A stretch of DNA of 64,000 nt from Candidatus Eiseniibacteriota bacterium (lineage in GTDB: Bacteria > Eisenbacteria > RBG-16-71-46), in the NCBI GenBank assembly GCA_963776245.1, contig CAVZLN010000003.1, forward strand, positions 768,561-832,560, given 5' to 3'. A program made the position numbers and the translations under genes. Under the pieces are notes generated by a model. It searched no databases. It worked only from the letters and a program-made list of their open reading frames with translations, and was not told where the DNA came from. This document shows, one piece after another, positions 56,426-64,000 of the stretch (the first letter of the stretch is position 1; each line of letters starts with the position of its first letter).

Positions 56426-57039
56426 GGGGAGCCTCGCGTCTCGTCGGCGGCCCGCGCGGCCCATGCCGCGCGCATCTTCCGCCGCGCGGTCTGGAGCAGT
56501 CCGCGCGCGCCCGAGACCGTGGCGATACCCAGCGTGCGCGTGATGTCGTCCACCGAGGCCTCCTCCACATGGCGTAGCCAGAGTGCGTCCTGCTCCTGCG
56601 GCGTCAGCGTCTCGCTCATGACTCGCAGGAGGTCCTCGTGGGCCCGGCGCCGTTCGAACCGCGCGTCGGGACCGGCGCCCGGGTCCACGACCCGCTCGAC
56701 GACGGCGCCCTCGTCGCGCACCAGCCGCCGCGGCCGCATCGCGCGGATGCACTGCCGGCGCGCGATCACGAACAACCAGGCCGAGAAGGGAGCGCGGGAC
56801 TCGAAGCCCGCGAGGGCGCGGTAAGCGATCATGAGCACTTCCTGTGACAGGTCCAGCGCGCGCTCGTGGTCACGCACGTAGCGTCGGCACCATCCGTACA
56901 CCCGCCCCCGATAGCGCCCCAGCAGCCACGACGCGGCGCGGCGGCCCGCGGGCCCATGCGGGTCCTGCCGGGCACATCGTGCCAGCTCGTCGTCGGGGAT
57001 CGCAGGGTCGTCCCGAGTCATGCGTACGGAGGCTCCCAT
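56422..57039 (-). CDS. ECF RNA polymerase sigma factor
   Basis: Region 2 …DLSQEVLMIAYRALAGFESRAPFSAWLFVIARR… and region 4 …LTPQEQDALWLRHVEEASVDDITRTLGIATVSGARGLLQTARRKM… An alternative ATG lies at 57021. Confidence 0.8.
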   Translation of the reverse strand: MGASVRMTRDDPAIPDDELARCARQDPHGPAGRRAASWLLGRYRGRVYGWCRRYVRDHERALDLSQEVLMIAYRALAGFESRAPFSAWLFVIARRQCIRAMRPRRLVRDEGAVVERVVDPGAGPDARFERRRAHEDLLRVMSETLTPQEQDALWLRHVEEASVDDITRTLGIATVSGARGLLQTARRKMRAAWAARAADETRGSP

Positions 57040-57049
57040 GGGGCGGGAA

Positions 57050-59935
57050 TCACACCCCGCGTCGCGCCGGCGCGGCGCGCTTCGCGTGGCGGCTCCACCC
57101 CCAGCCTACGCCCAGCAGTGCGAGCGCCGCAGCCATGGATGCGAGCGCCCCGCCGACCGGGAAGCGGCGCTCGAGCGCGACCCGCGCGTCCCCGTCGCCG
57201 ATCAGCAGGTAGCCAGCCCAGTAGAACGGAGACGCGGTCGCGGATCGGTGCGCGACCCGCAACTGCGCGTGACGCAGCGCGTGCGCCACGGTCTCGCCGC
57301 GGGCGAGGCCGGCATAGAAGTCCTTCATGAGTGTCGCCGCGACCTGGTCGTCCACCGGCCACAGCGCCACCACCACCGTGCGCACGCCGGCGCTCAGGAA
57401 GGCGGTCCCCAGTCCCTGGATGCCCTCGCCCCAGGCGATCCGCCCGCCACCCGATTCGCAGCCCGAGAGCACCGCCAGCCTCGCAGGCAGCCGCATCGCG
57501 GCGATCGCGTTCGCGCGCAGCCAGGGGTCCGCGCCCATCACCGCCGAGTCGGGGCCCGCGGTCGCGCTCCCGGCGGCGGCCGCGCCCGGCTCCCCGACCG
57601 GCCCGAGCAGCACGCCGGAGTTCCAGGGGCGTTGGTCGTCCACCATCGTGTGCGCGGCGAGGTGGAGCACCTGATAGCGCCCCAGCTCCCGGGCGCTCAG
57701 CGGGGGCACCGGCCCGGCGCCGAAGACGCGCACGTCGGAGCCGGCGAATCCGCGACCGAGCGCGCGCACCTCGGCCACCGCGCCGGCCAGCCGGCGGCCG
57801 CGGAAGTCGGTCGCCCCGCCGAGCGCCAGCAACGCGCGCTCGGTCGGCACGAGCGCGCGCGCCCGCGACCCGGCGAGCAACGTCGCCGAGGGCACGCGGA
57901 TCACCTCGCGGTGCTCGAGGAGCGCCGACTCCTCGGCCGCGCCCCCGGGCGCGAGCGGCAGCTCGCCGAACGCGATCCCATTGAGCGGGCCGTCCGGCGC
58001 CACGATCACCCGGTGACTGCTCGCCACCAGGTCCGCCACTCCCCCGAGCAGCCGCTCACTCAGGCTGCGCGCGGCGCGACGCCGCACCGCCTCCAGCGCG
58101 GCGTCGCGCGGTTCCGCGGGGGGGGTGGCCACGATCTCCCGATAGAGCTGCACCGCCATGGCCAGCGAGTCCGCCGCGGGCAGGTGCACGACACGGACTC
58201 CGCGGGCCGTGATGGCGAACAGCCACGCGTCCTCGCGGCCCACGAACGCGTCGAGCAACAGCTGGCCCTCGTCGAGCACGCGACCCTGCAGCTCGCGCAG
58301 GGTCACCGGAGGGCGCGGCTCCGGGAGCGCGCCGGCGGGACCCGCCATGCGCTCGAGCAGCGTGCGCGCCTTGAACTGTTGCAGCACGTCGTAGGCGCCG
58401 GCCACGGCGACCGAGTCCGGCACGCCGGCACGCGGCGGGAGCAGCGCGCGCCCGAGCGCGAAGCAGAGCTCCTCCGCCAGTTCGCCGCGGCGTACCCGCC
58501 ACGCCGGGTCCGTGGGCACCCTGCGCTCGGTCTCCCACAGGCGCTCGGCCCGCCGCAGCACGCTCCGCGCGCTGTCCGCGCGGCCGAGGTCCCAGTCGCA
58601 CCGGCCCGCCCCGGTGAGCGCGTCGAGACGGGCGCCCGCGAGTCCCGAAGCGAGCGCGGAGCGCTCCGCGCGCGCGAAGGACGCGTGCGCTTGCTCGGTC
58701 CGGCCGAGCGCGCGCAGCAGGTGCCCGGTCTGCAGGTCGAGCCGGACGCGCGACTCGACCGAGAGACGCGCGCGCAGCGGCGCGGCCTCGCGCGTCAGCA
58801 CCGCGAGCCCCTCGGATCCGCGGCCCAGCGCGCCGTGCGCGGAGGAGATCCGGAGCACGGCCTCGAAACGGTACTCCGGCTCGAGGCCGCCGCGCAGGGC
58901 GAGGCAGCGCCGCAGGATCCGGATGGACTCCTCGTGCCGTCCCTGGGTACCGCGGATGGAGGCGAGCTGGAGCAGCGTGTGGATCTGCCCGCCCGGATGG
59001 TCCTGCTCCACGTCCAGCGCGAGCAATTCCTCCAGTCGGCGCGCCGCCTCGTCGAAGTGACCGAGATCGGCCTCGGCGATGGCCACGTTGGCGGCCGAGC
59101 GCTGCATCTCGTCGATGGCTCCGAGCTGCCGGTAGATGCCGACCGCCTGCTGCCACTGGCGCACGGCCTGCGCTGGATCGCCGACCTGGTACTCGAGCGT
59201 GCCGAGGTTGTTGATGGCATCGGCCTGCTGCATGCGGGCATCGAGGCGCCCGGCGAGGCGCACGATCGCCTCGTAGCTCCGCCGCGCCTCCGCGAACTCG
59301 CCCAGCGCCCCGTGGGCGCGCGCGAGCCCGACCATCGGAGTGAGCGCGGCACGTTCATCGCCCGCTCGCCGCAGGCATTCCACCGCCCTGCGGTAGCCGT
59401 CCCGGGAGGCCGCGAGGCGCCCCGCCGCCAGGTCGCCATAGGCGAGCGCGGTGCGCGCGAAGCCTTCGTTGCGCGCGTCGCGGGCGGGCACCGCGAGCGC
59501 GAGCAGGCGCGTGTAGAGCCGCGTTGCTTCGTCGGGTCGCATGCGGGCCAGGTAGGAGTACGCCAGCCAGCGCAACGCCGTGCGCAGCACCGAGGAATCT
59601 CCAAGGGCCGCGGCCAGCTCCATCGCCGGGCGCGCCGCCGCCTCGGACTGCGCGGCGCGGCCGGTGAGTCCCAGGCCGGCGGCCCGGCGCAGCTGGACCT
59701 CCATGGTCAGATTGCGGTCGCCGCGGCGGCGGGCCTGCGCGAGCAGCGGTTCGAGCACCACCAGCGCGGAGTCCGCCCGCCAGTTCCTCGCCAGCGAGTC
59801 CGCCCGCTGGAGGATCGCGACCGCCCGGGGATCGGCCGGCGTCCGCGCGCGCGCGGTCGCCGTCGGGAGCAATGCCAGCAGGGCCGCGAGCGCCAGCGGC
59901 AGGTGTGCTCCGGGTCGCCGGGCTCGAGGTCTCAA
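57050..59935 (-). CDS. Secreted TPR-repeat protein with a C-terminal CHAT (caspase-like HetF-associated) protease domain and a C-terminal membrane anchor
   Basis: Signal peptide MRPRARRPGAHLPLALAALLALLPTATARA (TTG start). Multiple TPR-like units (…A..YS.L...G….A….A…). CHAT region with a His…Cys dyad (…YQVLHLAAHTMVDDQ… …RLAVLSGCESGGG…). C-terminal TM GGALASMAAALALLGVGWGW. It ends 10 nt before the ECF sigma start. Confidence 0.8.
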   Translation of the reverse strand: MRPRARRPGAHLPLALAALLALLPTATARARTPADPRAVAILQRADSLARNWRADSALVVLEPLLAQARRRGDRNLTMEVQLRRAAGLGLTGRAAQSEAAARPAMELAAALGDSSVLRTALRWLAYSYLARMRPDEATRLYTRLLALAVPARDARNEGFARTALAYGDLAAGRLAASRDGYRRAVECLRRAGDERAALTPMVGLARAHGALGEFAEARRSYEAIVRLAGRLDARMQQADAINNLGTLEYQVGDPAQAVRQWQQAVGIYRQLGAIDEMQRSAANVAIAEADLGHFDEAARRLEELLALDVEQDHPGGQIHTLLQLASIRGTQGRHEESIRILRRCLALRGGLEPEYRFEAVLRISSAHGALGRGSEGLAVLTREAAPLRARLSVESRVRLDLQTGHLLRALGRTEQAHASFARAERSALASGLAGARLDALTGAGRCDWDLGRADSARSVLRRAERLWETERRVPTDPAWRVRRGELAEELCFALGRALLPPRAGVPDSVAVAGAYDVLQQFKARTLLERMAGPAGALPEPRPPVTLRELQGRVLDEGQLLLDAFVGREDAWLFAITARGVRVVHLPAADSLAMAVQLYREIVATPPAEPRDAALEAVRRRAARSLSERLLGGVADLVASSHRVIVAPDGPLNGIAFGELPLAPGGAAEESALLEHREVIRVPSATLLAGSRARALVPTERALLALGGATDFRGRRLAGAVAEVRALGRGFAGSDVRVFGAGPVPPLSARELGRYQVLHLAAHTMVDDQRPWNSGVLLGPVGEPGAAAAGSATAGPDSAVMGADPWLRANAIAAMRLPARLAVLSGCESGGGRIAWGEGIQGLGTAFLSAGVRTVVVALWPVDDQVAATLMKDFYAGLARGETVAHALRHAQLRVAHRSATASPFYWAGYLLIGDGDARVALERRFPVGGALASMAAALALLGVGWGWSRHAKRAAPARRGV

Positions 59936-60239
59936 GGCTCGTCCATGGCGGCACCGTGGCGAGGCGGGATGCGCGCGCCGGTGCCTGCCGGGCTGCGGGG
60001 GCCATCGTCCGGGCTCGGGAGCGGCGCGTCAAGGTCCGGGGGTGGCCCGCCGCGCTGGGATGGCCCCTGGTCCCGCGAGACGCCGTGTGATTCGCCGGTG
60101 GATCCTGCCTCTGTGGATGCGTCGACCATGCCGCTTCCCCCCGCACAGCCGGGGGGCGGTGGCTCCAGCACCGGCGGGCGCGCCCATGGCGGGCCCGGCC
60201 AGCCGAGCACCTCGAGACGCCGCCCCAGCGGGAGAGACC

Positions 60240-61904
60240 ATGACGATCGGAAAGACCACCCTGCTCATCCTCGCCACGATCCTCGCCGCTGGCACCGCGC
60301 GCGCCAACGTCCAGCAGGACTGGGCGACTCGCTTCGGGACGGCCGGATCCAGCGGGGCCGCGGTCGCGGTCGATCCGGCCGGAAACGTGTACGTGGCCGC
60401 GAACATCTTCCGGGGCGTCCGGGGGTTCGACCTCCTGACCATCAAGTACGATGCGGCCGGGACCCAGCTGTGGTCGCGCGAGTTCAACGGGATCGGCAAC
60501 GGCCTCGAGTACCCGGTGGGGATCGCCATCACCAGCGCCGGGAGCATCGTCGTCACGGGCACGAGCTTCCGCGGGCCCACGGCGCTCAATTACGAGATCG
60601 TCACGATGGCCTACGCTCCCAACGGCGACTCGCTCTGGCTGGCACGCTACAATGGGGTCTCGGCCAAGGACGATCGTCCACTGGCCCTGGCGGTGGACGC
60701 GAGCGGCAACACCTACGTCGCCGGCTACTCCAACGGCAACTCGGTGAGTTCCTGGGACGGACGCGACTACGTCACCATCAAGTACGGGCCCACCGGCGCG
60801 CAATCGTGGGCGGCGACCTACCCCCTGGTGTGGTGTTCCGGGGCGAACGCTCTGGCCGTGGACGCGCGCGGAAACGTGTACGTGACCGGTGGGGGCTACG
60901 ACGGCAATCCCACCTTCGGCGACTACCTGACGATCAAGTACAGCACGCTGGGCGCACCGCTCTGGGTGGCCCGCTATGCCGGCGCGGACGACGATGAGGC
61001 GAAGGCGATCGCCGTGGACGGCAGCGGCAACGTGTGCGTGACCGGCAGGGGCCAGCAGGTCTCGGGCTACGCCGACATCACCACCATCCAGTACGACTCC
61101 GCCGGGGTCGAGCGGTGGGTGAAGCGCTACGACGGCGTGGCGCACAGCGATGACGGGGGTCTCGGCATCGGGATCGACATGGCCCACAACATCTACGTCA
61201 CCGGGTCGGAGACGAACGCCAATGCCTTCAACAACCGGGACATCGTGACCCTGAAGTACTCGACCACCGGGGACTCGCTCTGGTGCAAGCACTACGACGG
61301 CCCGTCGGCTTCCTACGACGATCCGCTCTCGATCTGGGTCGATGGTGCCGGGAACTCGATCGTGCTGGGCCGCAGTTACGGCCCCGGGGTGACCCCGTTC
61401 ACGAGCTACTACGGCTTCCTGACGATGGGATACGGCTCGGGCGGCGATCCGCTGTGGCTGGTGCGCTACGACGGTCCGGGGGACGGGGACGAGTACGCGG
61501 GCGGCCTCGCGGTGGGTGTCGACGGGAGCATCGTCGTGGCGGGCGGCAGCATCGACTACCTGTCGGGCAATGGGTACGTCGCCACGGTCAGGTACTCGGG
61601 CGCGACGCTGGATGTCGCCGCGGGCCCACGGCCGCGCCCGGAGCCCGCGCGGCTCTCGTGGAGCCACCCCAATCCCTGCGCGCAGGCAGCCACCATCCAG
61701 TTCCGCCTGGCGTCCGCCGCGCCAGTCTCGCTCCGGGTCTACGACCTGCAGGGACGCGAAGTGGCCGCGCTCGCCGACGGCGTGCGACCGGCCGGCGAGC
61801 ACGCGGTCCGCTGGGACGCTTCCAGCGCGCCCGACGGGGTGTACTTCTACCGACTGCGGATCGGGGCGCGCGAGGAGACGAGGAGGATGGTGGTCGTCCG
61901 CTGA
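60240..61904 (+). CDS. Secreted beta-propeller (SBBP-type) repeat protein with a Por/T9SS-type C-terminal sorting domain
   Basis: Signal peptide MTIGKTTLLILATILAAGTARA. About 8 repeats …AVD.SGNVYVTG…DY.TIKY…G…W..RY… C-terminus …LSWSHPNPCAQAATIQFRL…VSLRVYDLQGREVA…DGVYFYRLRIGAREETRRMVVVR. ATG verified. The 220 upstream codons in the ORF track are shadow. Confidence 0.75.
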   Translation: MTIGKTTLLILATILAAGTARANVQQDWATRFGTAGSSGAAVAVDPAGNVYVAANIFRGVRGFDLLTIKYDAAGTQLWSREFNGIGNGLEYPVGIAITSAGSIVVTGTSFRGPTALNYEIVTMAYAPNGDSLWLARYNGVSAKDDRPLALAVDASGNTYVAGYSNGNSVSSWDGRDYVTIKYGPTGAQSWAATYPLVWCSGANALAVDARGNVYVTGGGYDGNPTFGDYLTIKYSTLGAPLWVARYAGADDDEAKAIAVDGSGNVCVTGRGQQVSGYADITTIQYDSAGVERWVKRYDGVAHSDDGGLGIGIDMAHNIYVTGSETNANAFNNRDIVTLKYSTTGDSLWCKHYDGPSASYDDPLSIWVDGAGNSIVLGRSYGPGVTPFTSYYGFLTMGYGSGGDPLWLVRYDGPGDGDEYAGGLAVGVDGSIVVAGGSIDYLSGNGYVATVRYSGATLDVAAGPRPRPEPARLSWSHPNPCAQAATIQFRLASAAPVSLRVYDLQGREVAALADGVRPAGEHAVRWDASSAPDGVYFYRLRIGAREETRRMVVVR

Positions 61905-61932
61905 CGCGATGGTGCTGCGCCCCGCGCCGCGC

Positions 61933-62604
61933 TCAGCCGCGCTCGGCCGCCCGCCGCGCGAACCGCTCGCGCCATTCGGGGGAGAGCGCGTCGCACGCGG
62001 CGATCGCGCGCAGCGCGCCGGTGTCGGCCTCCTTCGAGAGGTGCAGCCGGAACACCCGCTCCACCGTCCAGTCGGGATGCGGCCGCGCCACCCGTGAGAG
62101 CGTGGCGCCCGGCGCGAGCACGCCCGCGCGCGTCACGCGCAGGAACCAGCCGGTGCGCCCGGTCTCGGTCACGCGCTGGACCATCGCGGGCTGGTCCCAC
62201 ACCCGCGCGATGGCGGCGCACGGCTTGCGCGGCTGGGACACCTCCAAGGCCACCTCGCCCGCCTCGTACACGTCGCCGACGCACACCGTGCGCTCGTCGA
62301 GCCCGTCGAGGGTGAGGTTCTCGGCGAACCCGCCGGGCCCGATGCGCTCGAGGCCGGGCTCGGTGCGCCAGCGCGGGTAGTGCGCCGCGGCGTACGCCAG
62401 AACCGCCATGTGCGGACCGCCGTGCACGTCGCGGTGGACCTGCTCATCGCCCTCGAGGCCGAGCGCGGTGACCCGCACCCGCCCGGCGACCTCGTCCTTG
62501 CGGTAGGCCGAGCGCCAGGTGCGATCGGGCGCCTGGTCCCAGTCGGGGCGCGGGTACTCGCGCGCGCGCCCGGTGCGGATGGAGACGACGAGACCCTGGC
62601 TCAT
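61933..62604 (-). CDS. MOSC-domain protein (YiiM-like)
   Basis: …GLEGDEQVHRDVHGGPHMAVLAYA… and …GFAENLTLDGLDERTVCVGDVYEAGEVALEVSQPRKPC… match the MOSC beta-barrel with conserved Cys. ATG verified. Confidence 0.75.
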   Translation of the reverse strand: MSQGLVVSIRTGRAREYPRPDWDQAPDRTWRSAYRKDEVAGRVRVTALGLEGDEQVHRDVHGGPHMAVLAYAAAHYPRWRTEPGLERIGPGGFAENLTLDGLDERTVCVGDVYEAGEVALEVSQPRKPCAAIARVWDQPAMVQRVTETGRTGWFLRVTRAGVLAPGATLSRVARPHPDWTVERVFRLHLSKEADTGALRAIAACDALSPEWRERFARRAAERG

Positions 62605-62684
62605 GGCGGGGCTCCGGGTGAGGGGACCGGCACGGGGGACCACGGCGCGATTCTCCGCGAGCGGCGGGCGGCGCACAAGGGGCG

Positions 62685-62740
62685 CGTGCGGACGCGTCCG
62701 GCGGAGGATCCGGCAAGCCACGGCGCGAGCGCGTCCGCAC
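62685..62740. promoter_or_regulatory. 11-bp perfect inverted repeat GTGCGGACGCG…CGCGTCCGCAC (34-nt spacer) in the divergent region between the MOSC gene and the cytochrome c membrane protein
   Basis: Read directly; possible operator or RNA structure. Confidence 0.25.
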
Positions 62741-62838
62741 CCGCGCCCGCCCGCTCGCCCCTCCCCGGCATCGGTGCTATAGGTTCCCGATCCGGCCCCC
62801 GCCTGATCGCACCACGGTCGCGTACGGGAGTACCCCCG

Positions 62839-64000
62839 CATGAACTACCCGATCTGGGACCTGCCGTTACTCGGCGGCGGCATCCTCATCGGCCTGGTCG
62901 CGATCCTCCACGTCTTCGTTTCCCATTTCGCGGTGGGCGGCGGGCTGTTCCTCGTCCTCAACGAGCGGCGCGCGCGCCGCACCGGCGACGCCGCGCTGCT
63001 CGGCTACGTGCGCGGGCACTCGCGCTTCTTCGCGCTGGTGACGCTGGTGCTCGGCGCCATCAGCGGGGTCGGCATCTGGTGGACCATCGCGCTGGTGCAC
63101 CCGACCGCGACCTCGGCGCTGATCCACATCTTCGTGTGGGCGTGGGCGATCGAGTGGGTGTTCTTCCTGGTCGAGATCGCGGCCGCCTACGTCTACTACT
63201 ACGGCTGGGACCGGCTCGACGCGCGCACCCACATGGCGGTGGGCTGGATCTACGCGGGCGCCGCGTGGATGAGCCTGGCGGTCATCAACGGCATCCTCAC
63301 GTTCATGCTCACCCCGGGGCGCTGGCTCGAGACCCGCGCGGTCGCGGACGGCCTCTTCAATCCCACCTACCTGCCCTCGCTCGCCATCCGCTCGGCGGTG
63401 TGCGTGGCGCTCGCCGGGCTCTACGCGCTGCTCACCGCCTCGGCGGTCGAGGCGCACGAGCTGCGCCTGCGCGTCACGCGCCACGCGGCGGGCTGGGTGC
63501 TGGCGGGAGTGCTGCCGCTGCCTTTGCTCGGGGCGTGGTACATCGCCGACCTCCCGCCGCTGGCGCGCGAGATCTCGATGGGCGGCGCGCCCGCGGTCAC
63601 CCTGTTCGCCGCGGCCACGGTGGCGCTTTCGCTGCTGCTGGCGGGCATCACGTGGTTCGGCCCCTACCGCCGGCCGCAGTGGTCGAACGCGGTGCTGGTC
63701 GCGGTCATCGCGATCCTCGGGCTCGGCGTCACCGGCGCCACCGAGTGGGTGCGCGAGGCGGTGCGCAAGCCGTACATCCTCTACGGTTACATGTACTCGA
63801 ACGCCATCCGGGTCGAGGACGCCGCGCGCATCCGCGCGAGGGGCGCGCTGGCCTCGGCCCGGTGGGCCAGCATCGACCGCGTGACGCCCGAGAACGCGCA
63901 TCGCGCCGGGTATCAGCTGTTCCGGCTCGAGTGCCGCTCGTGCCACACCGTGGATGGCTACAACGGGATCCGGGTGCTGGTGAAGGGCTGGAGCTACGAG
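62839..64000 (+). CDS. Polytopic membrane protein with a C-terminal cytochrome c (CxxCH) domain, 3-prime partial (runs off the window)
   Basis: Frame 1 from the ATG (GGGAG 9 nt upstream) translates to MNYPIWDLPLLGGGILIGLVAILHVFVSHFAVGGG… with ~8 TM helices and ends …FRLECRSCHTVDGYNGI…, a heme c binding motif. It is not in the ORF track because there is no stop inside the window. Confidence 0.65.

Noticed and set aside
55724-59935. TPR-CHAT + ECF sigma as a type III-E CRISPR (Craspase) locus
   Set aside because: There is no gRAMP/Cas7-11, Csx30/31 or CRISPR array. The CHAT protein has a signal peptide and a C-terminal anchor, so it is extracytoplasmic. Only the architectural analogy is kept.
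57020-61802. ORFs 57020..60997 (+) and 59355..61802 (-)
   Set aside because: Antisense to the TPR-CHAT gene and to the SBBP gene respectively, with Arg/Gly-rich nonsense translation.
1-64000. tRNA, rRNA, mobile elements and prophage
   Set aside because: No T-loop/anticodon-arm-like sequences were noticed in any intergenic region over 80 bp. No transposase, integrase, phage or plasmid genes were found. I cannot rule out small ncRNAs without covariance-model searches.

Overview
This 64 kb window looks like an ordinary chromosomal segment from a very high-GC (about 70%) bacterium. I found no rRNA, tRNA, CRISPR array, transposase or integrase. I support about 48 protein-coding genes, and coding density is high. 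Many additional arginine/glycine-rich ORFs in the six-frame track sit inside or antisense to real genes and are discarded as high-GC shadow ORFs. Three secreted proteins share one C-terminal sorting domain of the Por/T9SS type, which points to a lineage outside the classical model phyla; I cannot name the phylum without database searches. Content includes a DNA alkylation-repair operon (Ada-AlkA plus Ogt), two ECF sigma/anti-sigma modules, two two-component-type signalling pairs, a TAT-exported molybdopterin oxidoreductase, a tricorn-type protease, an SPFH/ApbE/cupredoxin envelope cluster, and short-chain acyl-CoA and aldehyde metabolism genes. The best candidate for an undescribed system is a secreted TPR-CHAT protease encoded directly upstream of an ECF sigma factor and its zinc-finger anti-sigma. 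Secondary candidates are a beta-propeller sensor paired with a degenerate NtrC-type regulator, a possible operator upstream of a GAF/Fis regulator, a glyoxalase fused to a histone-H1-like tail, and two probable frameshifts. All domain calls come from motifs read by eye. Coordinates of small DNA motifs may be off by 1-2 nt.
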